Shown piece after piece: positions 11,829 to 24,300 of a DNA stretch of 64,000 bases. Source of the stretch: Hypanus sabinus (Eukaryota). Numbering within the stretch: position 1 is the stretch's first letter; every line of letters begins with the position of its first letter. A model generated the notes under the pieces. The model was not told the origin of the DNA, did not search any database, and was given only the letters and a program-made list of their open reading frames with translations. Both the position numbers and the translations under genes were made by a program. The stretch lies in assembly GCF_030144855.1 (NCBI RefSeq), contig NC_082736.1, positions 20,150,001 through 20,214,000 on the forward strand, written 5' to 3'.

Positions 11829-12083
11829 ACTGTACCAGACATTGACGGGTACAGAATGAACCCCACACTCTCACACTGTACCGGAGAGTGACAGATACAG
11901 AATGAACCCCACACTCTCACACTGGACCAGAGACTGACAGATACAAAATGAACCCCACACTTTCACACTGTACCGGACAGCGACAAGTATAGAATGAACC
12001 CCGCACTCTCACATTGTACCAGAGACTGACGGATACAGAATGAACCCACTCTTTCACACTCTACCAGAGACAGACAGGTACAG
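11829..12083 (+). repeat. Minisatellite, 46-bp unit, about 5.5 copies
   Basis: actgtaccRgagaStgacagatacagaatgaaccccacactctcac starting at 11829, 11875, 11921, 11967, 12013, 12058. Confidence 0.9.
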
Positions 12084-12245
12084 GCATTCTGTTGTTTAAT
12101 AAACATGGACAACCCTCATCACCACCTCAGTAGCACCAATTTACACTGCAATGGGCTCTTCTTGAAATTCTCTTACCTCTTTATAATTCTGTAGAGTATA
12201 TTTTAATTCTGTGAATGTTGTGTCTCCGATACTGTGTGTCTCTGA

Positions 12246-12824
<579 letters not shown>

Positions 12825-12855
12825 AGCTCCCCAGTGAGATGATCGAAAACACAAC

Positions 12856-12895
12856 GGCTCTTTTAAGAGCCACTCAGAATTTCAATGAGAGAGTT
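12856..12895 (+). terminator. Histone stem-loop plus HDE
   Basis: GGCTCTTTTAAGAGCC at 12856-12871, then gagagagtt. Confidence 0.92.
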
Positions 12896-13290
12896 ATACT
12901 ACCATTTAGATAATAAATTATACATATTATATGTCTGGTGACTTTTACAAGAGCTAAGTCGCGGTTGGAATAACCTCCCACTGCACTGATAAGGAGTCGT
13001 TACCTCCCCTTCCCCATCAGTCCGTCCCACTCGGTATCCACACCAAGCGGAGGATTGCTGCCGTTGTTGTTTTATTTCTGGCTTCAGGAGTTTATTGGTT
13101 GCAGTTGGGTAACACCCGAATCACATTTTAACTCATGCCTGAAAGACCTCATGACTCTTTCACAGAACAACTTTTTAAAATTGCAGACTAGACGCTGTTC
13201 ACAGTTTGAGAAGAGCAGTTTGTCCATAACCTGATAACGTTCACACAGTGACCGACCGCGGGCAGAAGCTGAGGGTCAGTTTTTTCGGTT

Positions 13291-13830
13291 CATGGAAACA
13301 TAGAAAATAGGTACAGGAGTAGGCACTTCGGCCCTTCGAGCCTGCACTGCCATTCAGTATGATCATAGCTGATCATCCAACTCAGAACCCCGTACCTGCT
13401 TTCTCTCCATATCTCCTGATCCTTTTAGCCACAAGAGCCATATGTAACTCCCTCTGAATGATAGCCAATGAACCGGCCTCAACTGTTTCCTGTGGCAGAG
13501 AATTCCACAGATTCACCATTCTCTGTTTGAAGAAGTTTCTCCTCATCTCGGTCTAAAAGGCTTCCCCTTTATCCTTAAACTCTGACCCCTTGTTCTGTAC
13601 TTCCCCAACATCGGGAACCATCTTCCTGCCCAATCCCAGTAGAATTTTATACGTTTCAATAAGATCCCCCCTCAATCTTCTAAATTCCAGAGAGTATAAG
13701 CCCAGTCGATCCAGTCTTTCTTCAAATGAAAGTCCTGCCATCTCAGGAATCAATCTGGTGAACCTTCTTTGTACTCCCTCTATGGCAAGAATGTCTTTCC
13801 GCAGATTAGGGGACCAGAACTGCGCACAGT
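13291..13830 (-). mobile_element. CR1 LINE 3' fragment
   Basis: MIPEMAGLSFEERLDRLGLYSLEFRRLRGDLIETYKI; short-repeat tail; absent from the paralogous spacer near 4590. Confidence 0.85.
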
Positions 13831-13999
13831 TTTGAAAGGGTTGAAAGGAATTAGAGAATTGAGTTCACAGACACTCCAAAATCAACTACAGTTGTATTAA
13901 ATGGGCCCTATTTCAGTAACAGAGGGAAATGCGAAGACTCAATCTTAAAACAGGTCTGGAATTATTTAATTTCAAATTATATTTAAATAATAAGTTGAT

Positions 14000-14200
14000 T
14001 TTTGGAGGGCTTTTTCCAAATTTCAGTGCACTTTGGGGAGGAGACGGTTACTATCCGCGCTTCAGCTTTTACGGACTGCTGATTGGTGATTAAGGCAGTT
14101 CTTCGATTGGGACGTTTCTCTTCACCAATGAGAATAAGCAGGATCACACCAATCACAAACATCAGATTCTATTCTCAAAGAAGGTATAAAAAGGGCGAGT
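14000..14200 (+). promoter_or_regulatory. H2A promoter
   Basis: Two ATTGG, two CCAAT, TATAAAAA at 14185. Confidence 0.8.
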
Positions 14201-14212
14201 GGAGCGGGGTGA

Positions 14213-14644
<432 letters not shown>

Positions 14645-14674
14645 AGTGACGTAAGCTGAACCTGTTTACCCAAA

Positions 14675-14715
14675 GGCTCTTTTCAGAGCCACTCACAATG
14701 TCCATGAAAGGGCTG
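14675..14715 (+). terminator. Histone stem-loop plus HDE
   Basis: GGCTCTTTTCAGAGCC at 14675-14690, then gaaagggctg. Confidence 0.95.
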
Positions 14716-15580
14716 AGCAGCGGGTGATTTCCGTCCTTTTGATATCCTGTATCTGTCACAGCCTCGACATGTTTCTTCCGGGGGTAAACCGATATAAGTC
14801 TGCACAGAAACCGGTTCGCTTCAGTCCCGACTCATTTTCTCCCCTCAGCCGGCTGAATGGAGTTCACTCCCCTTACAGAGTGTCAGCGGATCACTGGGCG
14901 CAGTGTCGTGAAATAAACTTCCGGAGTCAGCACCGGGAGGGTGAATTTAATCTCCGACCACTGCACGACTCCGCTCTTGATCACCCAAAACCGCGTTATC
15001 TGGTTTCCACATTACGGTTTCACCCTGGACCGTTCCGGTTTGCAGCAGGCGGGAACATCGCCTGTTCGTTGCTTCATGAGTGATTCCCATCGCCTCACAG
15101 AACAATAATATTTGCGACTTTCATTTCAAAATCAGGTTTATCATCACCGGCATGTGACGTGAAATTTGTTAACTTAGTAGCAGGAGTTCAATGCAATACC
15201 TAATCTAGTAGAGAGAGAGAGAAAAAATAATAGTAAATAAAACATAACAAATACACAAGTATATTGAATAGATTTTTTATAATGTGCAAACACAGAAATA
15301 CTGCAAATTAATGAACGCTGCGTTTATGTGACACCGCTCCCTAAAAATGTCCTGGGTACTATCTGCAGCTTCTTTCGGTCTTGTGCAGTAGCCCCTCCAT
15401 ACCAGACAGAGATGCAACCTGTCAGAATGCTCTCCGCGGTACGGCTATGGAGTCTACAAAGGTACATTTACCCTGTGAAACTGACGGTATTTATTGAAAA
15501 AAAAACTCGTCCACCAAGGCCTCTGAATATAAATGAACAGTTTGCGAAAGCAACGGTCAGTTTGGTCAGATCTCCCGAGA

Positions 15581-15624
15581 GGCTCCCTCTGTGAGGCGGT
15601 GGGTGGTCTGAGATCAGACTTTGG
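15581..15624 (-). other. Orphan H4-like 3' processing region with an altered hairpin
   Basis: 26 nt identical to the H4 downstream sequence 32891-32916; the hairpin reads AGTCTG-ATCT-CAGACC on the minus strand. Confidence 0.6.
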
Positions 15625-17047
15625 TTTGTGCAGGGTGGGTGCATCGACTACTTCAGCACCGTAGTACCAGTCACTTCTCTACAAATTCCTGAGTCTGTCT
15701 AATAATTCCCTGAATACCCCTGTGTTCTCTGCCTCCGCCACCACCCCTGACAGTGCATTCCAAGTCCCCATTTCTCTCTTTCCTTCACTTTCTTCCTCTG
15801 ACCTCAAACACATGCCTTCTAGTAGAAGACATTTCACTCCTGTGAAAAATATTACTGGCTGTCTACACTAACTATGACAAGCAGGTTTTTATAATCTTCT
15901 ATAATATTTCTCCTGAGCCAATCCCATCAGATGAAAATGTTCCAGCATGTCCAGCCTCTCCTCACCACACACCTCCTCCAGACATCCTGGTGAACCTCCT
16001 CTGCCCCTGCTCCAGAACCTCCACATGCTTCCCATAATGAGGTGACCAGAACTGAACACTATACTCTCACTGTGGCCTAACCAGCATTTTGTAAACCCGT
16101 AACATTATATCCTGGTGCTTGAACTCAATGCCTTGTCTGATGAAGGCAAACATGCCATATACTGACTTTTCCTCCCTGTCAACCTGTGCTCACAGTCAAT
16201 CTCAACATCCTTCTCTTTGCCAATACTATTCTTGTTCCTACCATTAACAGTGTACCTACCCTTAATGTTGGATCTCCCAAAGTGCACCCCTGGGTATCCT
16301 TTTTCACCACAATGAATGTACAGAATGCAATGGATTATCTTTAATCCTACTCGCCAGAGGTTTTTCATCACTGTTTCTAGCTCACTAAATGTTCTTGCGT
16401 TCATTTCTGTTTTTTAAATATCGTCCTCAAACACCCAGGTTGAGTCCAGCTTCCTCAGCCTTACATATGTTTCTCACTCTTCATTGACAAAATTTGCTTC
16501 CTCTCTCATCATCCAGGGTTCCTGAACCTTGCCATCCTTGATCCTCCTTCTTACTGGAACAAACTGGCCCTGAAACACTGTGCAGCTGATCATTAAACAA
16601 ACTCATGTCACATGTGTATTTGTTTCAAAATCAATCCTTACAGTGTTAAGCATCAAACTTAGCTTCAATCTCTCCATTCAGTGACTGGTGTTCTGGTTCA
16701 CATCCCCATCAATCTAATTTCAACCCTCTCAGGAGCAGCAATAATCCTCATGATACAGACCCTCCCTCCAGTGAAGGTGCAAACCATCCCCCTTGTAAAT
16801 GTCACCTCTGGAATAGAAGAGGTTCTGGAATGTTCTGGAATCCTGAAATGTTCTGGAATGTTCTGAAATCCTGTTCTGGTGTCCCTGCACCAGCTCCTCA
16901 GCCACAAATTCATCTGCTCTAACTTCCTGTCCCTAACACCACTACCACACAGCATGGGGAGTAACCGGGTGATTACAACCTTTCAGGTCCTGCCCATCAA
17001 CTTGTTCCCTGACTCTCTATATTCACTCTGGGACCTCATCCCTTTTC

Positions 17048-17700
17048 AAGGCCCCAGACAGTCCTTCCAGGTGAGGCAACACTTCGCCTGTGAGTCTGCT
17101 GGAGTTGTCTATTGCATTCAGCGCTCCCGGTGTGGCCTCGTCTACATCAGCGAGGCCCAACGCAGATTGGGGGACTGCTTCGTCGAGCAGCTCCGCTCCG
17201 TCCATCACAATAGACAGGACCTCCCAGTTGCCACCCACTTCAACTCTGCCTCTCATTCCCCTCTAGATATGTCCATACATGGCCTCTGCTACTACCATGA
17301 TGAGGCCAAACTCAGGTTGGAGGAGCAACACCTCATCCACCATCAGGGTAGCCTCCAGCCTGGTGATATGAACATTGAATTCTCCAATTTCTGGTAATTC
17401 CCTCCCCCTCCCCCTATCCCAGGTCACTCCCTGCCTCTCTCCCCTTTCTACTTTCTGCTCCTTTATCTCTACTTTCTGCTTTCTACTTTCCTTTCTGCTT
17501 ATCCCCTCCCCCCTTATCTCTCCTCTGATTGGTTTTCTACCTGGTGCCTCTAGGCACTACCACCTCCTCTATCTCTATTACTGGGCATCGGCCCCCTCTT
17601 CCCCCCATTCCTGATGAAGGGTCTCGGCCCGAAACGTTGGCTATTTTCTCACAGATGCTGTCTGACCTGCTGAGTTATTCCAGCGTTGTGTACGTATTCT
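17048..17700 (+). mobile_element. 5'-truncated Penelope-like element (GIY-YIG endonuclease plus hammerhead)
   Basis: CESAGVVYCIQRSRCGLVYISEAQRRLG...PVATHFN...EEQHLI; 13-bp TSD ctcatcccttttc at 17035-17047 and 17701-17713. Confidence 0.9.
17607..17642 (+). ncRNA. Minimal type I hammerhead ribozyme motif
   Basis: CTGATGA-a-ggg-tctcgg-ccc-GAAAC-GTT; core intact, stem I weak. Confidence 0.65.
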
Positions 17701-17819
17701 CTCATCCCTTTTCTACCTGTCCACTGGTACCGACATGAACCACCACCTCTGGCTGAATGAACCTTGTTCAGCAGCTGCTCTGAGACGTCCCTGACACTCA
17801 GTTATACAATATACAAAAC

Positions 17820-19460
17820 TTTTTGAAACCATCTAAGAAAGTGTTTAGGAGAGGAAAATGATCAAATAGGAAGGCAAGCTAGCCATTAATATTAAAGAGG
17901 ATACCAAAAGTTACTTCAGATAAACAAAGTGTAAATGAGAGGCAAAAGTCAATATTAGTTCTTTGGAGGATGATGCTGGAGAGGTAGTAATGGGGTACAG
18001 GGAAGAGGCAGAGAAGCTGAAGAAGTATTGTGCTTCAATCTTCACTGTAGAAGACACTAGCAGTCTGCTGGAAATTCAGGAGAATCAGGGGGCAGAAATG
18101 AGTGAATTAGCCTTTACTGAAAGATCTGAAGGTAGATAAATCAGCTGGACCAGATTTTCTACACCAGTGCTATGAAAGAGATGACTGAAGAGATTAGTAA
18201 TAATCTTTCCATAATCCCTGGATTCTGGCATGGTTTCGGAAAACAGGAAAATTGCAAACATCATTCAACTCTTGAAGAAGGGAGGAGGGCAGAAGAAAGG
18301 AGGCCAGTTGGTATGACGTCAGCGGTTGACAAGATGATGGACTCGATTGTTAAGGATGTATTTTCAGGTTACTTGGCAACACATGATAAAATAGGACAAA
18401 GTCAGCATGGTTTCCTTTAGGGGATATCCTGCTTGTTGAGTGTGTTGAAATTCCTTGAAGTAATAAGCAGGATAGACAAAGAGAATGGATGTGCAATTGG
18501 ATTGTTAGAAGGCCTTTGACAAGGTGCCACACATGAGGCTGCTTAAGTTAAGAACCTATGACACAGGACAGATACGAGCATGGATTAAGACTTGGCTGAT
18601 TGGCAGGAAGCAAAGAGAGGCATAAAGGGAGACTTTTCTGGTTGACTACAATGACCAATGGCATTTTTTGGGATCGCTTCTTTTAATGTTACAGTTAATG
18701 TCAATGATTTGGATGACAGAATTGATGGGTTTCTGACCATTTGTAGATTAAAATAGATAGGAGGAAGCAGAGAGGCTTAGATAGAATGTGAGAATGGGCA
18801 AACATATGGCAGGTGGAATAACATGTCGAGAAGTTTATGGTCAAGGACATTGGTAGAAAAATTGAAAGGATAGACAATTGCTCTAAAAGAAGAGAAAAAT
18901 CAAAATCTGACGTGTAAAGGAACTTTTGAGTAGAGAAGGTTCCTGAAGGTTCATTCGTACTGTGAGCAATTCTGGGCCACTTATTGAAGAAAGGTGTATT
19001 GACATTGAAGAGGGTTCAGAGGAGATTCACGAGAATGATTCCAAGATTGAAGGGTTATCATATGATGACCATTTGATTGTGCTGGGCCAGAACTGACTGG
19101 AATTCATAAGAATGAGAGGGAATTTCATTGAAACCTATTGAATGTTGAAAGGCCTCGGTAGAGTGGATAGGGAGAGGATGTTTCCTAGAGGGGGAGTCTA
19201 GGAAGAGAGGGCACAGCCTCTGACTCTAAATGGAGATGAGGAGGAATTTGTTTAGCCACAGTGTGGTTCAACCATGGAATTTATTGTCAGAGGCAATCAT
19301 TGGGTATAGGTAAGGTAGAGGTTGATACATTCTTGATTTGTCAGGGCATGGTGGGTTAAGGGGAGGTCAGGATATTGGGGCTGAGAGGGAAATGGATCAG
19401 CCATGATGAAGTGTAAGAGCAGACTCAATGGGCCAAAGGGCCTAACTCTGCTACTATATT
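17820..19460 (+). mobile_element. Decayed CR1 LINE ORF2 through 3' end
   Basis: QSQHGF, KAFDKVPH and RRFTRMIP-type motifs; CR1 3' hairpin region. Confidence 0.8.
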
Positions 19461-19954
19461 TAATGGTTTTACAACAGAAAGGCTCCATCCCAGACAAAAT
19501 CCTGGTATACCTGATCTACACTGTTCCTGCTTCCTGCGATTGGCATGGGATGGGGACCAGAGACCCAGTTCACTCATTTCAGTCATCATGTTCTTTCTAC
19601 AGTGTGTCGACCAGACCTGCAGACAGAATTCCAGCAGTGTGGGAACCCACATGTTATCAAGCTGGTGCCTAAAACCTCTTTGTTAATCTATTATCTCTTT
19701 ATTTTCTGCCATTGACACCCACACCATCCCCGAAACTCACTGTGGTTTACAGATGTAGTTTCACTTCACAGCAATAAGTCTGTTCATATTAAATATCTCA
19801 GTGTTATTTGTCAAATCTCTATAGCTTTACATTTCACAAATTGCTGAAGGAATCAGCAGGTCAGGTAGCATCTATGGGGAAAAGAGTACAGTCGACGTTT
19901 CGAGCCGAGACCCTTCAGCAGTTCTGCTTTTCTTTCCCATACATGCTGACCCAT

Positions 19955-20640
19955 ACATTGTGACCCCTATTTCCATCCAAGGGGTCAGTGTGGACATGGT
20001 GGAGGATTACACATACTTGGGGATATGAATTGACAATAAACTGGACTGGTCAAAGAACACTGCGGTTGTCTACAAGAAGGGTCAGAGCTGTCTCTACTTC
20101 CTGAGGAGACCGAGGTCCTTTAACATTTGCCAGATGATGCTGAGGATGTTCTCCGAGTCTGTGGTGGCCGTGCTATCATGTTTGCTGTTGTGTGCTGGGG
20201 CAGCAGACACCAACAAACTCATTCGTATGGCCAGTGATGTTGTGGGGGTGCAACTGGACTTTCTGACGGTGGTGTTTGAAAAGAGGATGCTGTCCAAGTT
20301 GCATGCCATCTTGAACAAACTCACCCATCCACTTCATAAAGTACTGGTTAGGCACAGGAGTATGTTCAGCCAGAGACTCATTCCACCAAGATGCAACACT
20401 GAGCGTCATAGGAAGTCATTCCTGCCTGTGGCCATCAAACTTTACAACTCCTCCCTCGGAGTGTCAGACACCCTGAGCCAATTGGCTGGTCCTGGACTTA
20501 TTTCCACTTGGAATAATTTACTTATTATTATTTAATTAATTATGGTTTTATGTTGCTATATTTCTACACTATTCTTGGTTGGTGCGACTGTAAGTAAACC
20601 CAATTTGCCTCGGGATCAATGAAGTATGTCTGTCTGTCTG
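19955..20640 (+). mobile_element. Rex1/Babar-type LINE 3' fragment nested in a foldback element
   Basis: DNKLDWSKNT, KKGQS, MLRMFSESVVA, TERHRKSFLPVAIKLYN; (tgtc)n tail. Confidence 0.8.
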
Positions 20641-20859
20641 GCCTGCTGAGTTCCTCCAGCATTTTCTGTGTGTAGTTTGGATTTCCAGCATCTGCAGACT
20701 CTCTCTTGTTTGTGGCTTTATATCTGGCTCTCTTTCTTTTTTCGTACATCTTTATTGTTTTCCTTTACTGTAAGTTCTTTTTCCCTCCCCCAGCTATAGA
20801 ATTAACACTGAAATGTCTCGGTGTGCAGTCACTGTCCGCTGTTGCTCCTGTGATTGACA

Positions 20860-21350
20860 AGTACATTGCTCCTCCTCCCGGGCTGCGGCCAAGATATCAT
20901 CTGACGCGCATTCCTTTCACTGCCCTGATGTCACAGAGTCAGAGGGCCTCCGGAACGTAGTTGCCTTAGCAACAGGCCGGTTCAAGTCTCCACGTGGAAG
21001 GATCCTGGGTTAGAAGTGGAGAAAAGGCTTTCACCCAGACGGGCCTTTTTCATGAAGGGCTCAGTGATTTATTTGCAACATTTGCGGGTGACCGGCGGCT
21101 CCTCTGATTGACAGCACAACCCCGTCCTTCGGGCCGCAGCCTCCCGCCTCGTTGCATCTGACGTCACAGCGACGCACGCTGTCTCTGTGAATCGTTTCCT
21201 CGGCAACGGGCGCGGGAATGTGGTAAGGCCCCGCGGAGGGGGTAGGGGGAGTACCTTGGGCCCGGGGGTCTGTGCTTGTCCAACCTCGCCTGAAAACCCC
21301 TAACTGAAACTGTCCTTCTTGTGATGTGGCAACCGGCTCTGATCGCAAGA
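20860..21350 (+). promoter_or_regulatory. CpG-rich promoter and probable first exon
   Basis: X-box GTTGCCTTAGCAAC 20960, E-box 20991, TGATTGACAG 21105, CRE 21159, X-box-like GTTTCCTCGGCAAC 21194, donor-like G|GTAAGG ~21223. Confidence 0.6.
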
Positions 21351-24300
21351 TTTTAAAATGTTTCTAATGTGTCCGCCACAATCACTGGCAGTTTAGTCAA
21401 AATACTCACCATCATCTGCCCATTATGTCTGATCTGAAATACCTGCCTTCTTGTTTTTATCAGCCATTTCCTGTGAAAAAGACTACCTGCTTTTACCTTG
21501 TCTATGCTCCTCATGATCTACAGACCTCTACTAGGATCATCACTGAATCTGCTCTGCTCCAGGGAATAAAATACTAGTCTATACAACCACTCCTTGTAAT
21601 TCAGACTCCCCAGGACGAAGCAAACGTCTGCTATTTTTTTCTCTCTGCACTCTCTCTAGTTTAAGAACAGTTTCCTATCAACACTATACACAATATCCCC
21701 CGTCAGTCCTCACCAAAGACTTGTATATCTACAAGATATCTTCTCAAATCAAAAAAAAATCTTCTCAACTCTTATACTCTGCAGTGACTGAAGAAGGCCA
21801 GCAGGTCAAAGACCATATCTAGCTGAGATGTCACTTTCAGTGAACTGTGCACTCACATGGATATTGTTTCTATAAATTAGACACAACTAGACAGAGACCT
21901 CCAGTTTGAGGCACAGCCCTCAACCGTCAGCCTCTGCTTCCTGTCACTGAGGCAATTATGAAACCAATCAACTATCTCCCCTGGATTCCATCTCTCAGAT
22001 CTAACCTCCCAGACCAGAGTCAAAGGCCTGTCTGCTGTCCATTTAGACAACATCCGCAGCTCTAACCTCATCTACGCACTTGTGAAACTCCTCAATGAGC
22101 TGCAAGATAATTGTTAAACATGATTTCCTTTGCACAAAACTGTGCCGTCTGTCTTGAATCAGACCAAATGTTGGTAGATCCTGTTTCTCAAAACCTCCTC
22201 CAACAAATTACCCAACACTGTTATCAGACTGATGGGCCAGTAGTTTCCTGACTAGTTTCCTGGCACCGCATTAAAACAAAAGACCTTAAGTCATTGGAAC
22301 AGGATTGGGTCTTTTGGCTCATCCAGTCTGTTCCATCATGCCTGATTTATTATCCATCCCAACCCCATTCTCTGGCCTTTTCCCCATCTTTGATGCCCTT
22401 AATAATAATTAAATCCTTCTAACCTCTGCTTTAAATAGACCTACTGACTGCCTAAATGGCCGCCTGTGCCAATGAAATGTATCAATTGATCACCTTCTGA
22501 ATACAGAAATTACTCATCTCTATTCTAGAAGGGCATCTTTGTATTGAGGGTGCAGCCTGGTTCTAGATTCTTCCATTATTGGAAACATCCTCTCATATCA
22601 ATGCTACCTACGCCTTTCAACATTCAATGTGTTTCTGTATGATGCTCCCTCATTCTTCTAGACTCCAGTGAGTACAGGCCCAGAGCATCAAATGATCATT
22701 ATATCCTAACTTTTCAGACTTGGGATTATTCTCGTGAATATCCCCTGCAGCCATTGCAATGTCAGAACAGCCTTTCTTAGAAAAGGTACCCAAACCTGCT
22801 CATGATACTCCAAATAAGGTCTGACTAAAGCTTCAGCATTAGATGTTTGCTTTTATATTCTAGTTCTCTTGGAATGAATGCAAATATTGCATTTGCCTTC
22901 TTACTACCATCTAAACGTGCACATTAACCTTTAGGGAATCCTGCACTAGGAGCCACAAAGTCCCTTTACATATCTGATTTCTGTTCTTTCCCTGATTAGA
23001 TGGAGTCTACGCCTTTATTCCTCCTCCCAGAGTACATGACCACACGCTTCCTTACACTGTATATTGTCTGGCACTTTGTCCATTCTCTAAATCTATCCAA
23101 GTGCTACTGCAGACTCCCTGCTTCCAGAACACTGTCTGCCTCTCTGTCTATTTTTGATTCATCCACAGACTTGGCCTCAAAACTGTCAATTCCACGTTAG
23201 TCACTCTCCAATCATGTCTAACCTCAACTGATGCCTGTGATGAAGCAACAGTCTCTCCCGTGGCCTCTACAGTGTATTCTCTAACTTCTCACAAAATACA
23301 AGAATGTACCTGATAAGGCCCGGTAGATTTAACAACCTTAAAGCAACTTAAGGCCTCCAATATAGATCCCTGCTAATTTGAATGTGGTCTAAGATATCAC
23401 ATCTGATTCATGCCATTTCCGTAACTTAATAACTTTCCATAATTTTCTCAATGGTGAAATAACTCAGAAATATTCATGGAAAGCCTCTCCCATTTCCTTC
23501 AGTTCCACACACAGATGGCCATCCTCATCTCCAAGCGGAACAATTCTGTCCAAATTCCCTTTTCCTCTGAATGGACCGAAAGGGGATTTTGCTCACTTTC
23601 CTTTCCAAATCCTGATCTTCTCCTATTGTATTCCTAACTTTTATGAGAGATCCTATGTCTAGTAATATTCTCGAACAATTCCCCGAGCATTGATCCATGT
23701 CTCACCAGTCCATAATTTCCTGGGTTGACTCTGTTGCCTGAGGAACAACATGCCCTGGAATATCAGCATTCCCTTCTCTGATCTCACTATCCTCCAGGAC
23801 CACATTGATGAATACTGATATAAAGTACTGGTTTAGTCCCTCACCCACTTCATACGTAAACTCTCTCCTTTGTCCTTGTGTTGTCGTACCCTCTCCATAG
23901 TGCCCCTTCTCCACAAAGTCATTTATTTCCTATCCCCGTTTGACACGTCTGATTCTCTGTTTAACTTCTCTCTTGCTTGCTTCATATTGCCAGAGGCCTT
24001 CTCCAATTTATACATCTGAAACATTCCTTATCTTTCATTTTCTATCAGATTGAATTCATAACATCTCTTACCCCTCTACCAGACTTTACCAACCTTGTCT
24101 TTCTTCCACATAGAAACAGTCTGAATTCTGACCTTTAACCACTAGTCACATGTCAAATGTGGATGGACAAATCAGAGCTGCACCCATTCCCCTCACCTGA
24201 GTTCCTGTCCAACACAGTTTCGCTTAGCTATATCCCAATTGACCACATTAACTCTGTGACGAGTCCTGCGCTTATTTGCTGCTCCCGGAATGAAACTTCT

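Noticed and set aside
11829-12083. CRISPR-like array
   Set aside because: Contiguous tandem units without unique spacers, in eukaryotic context with no cas genes
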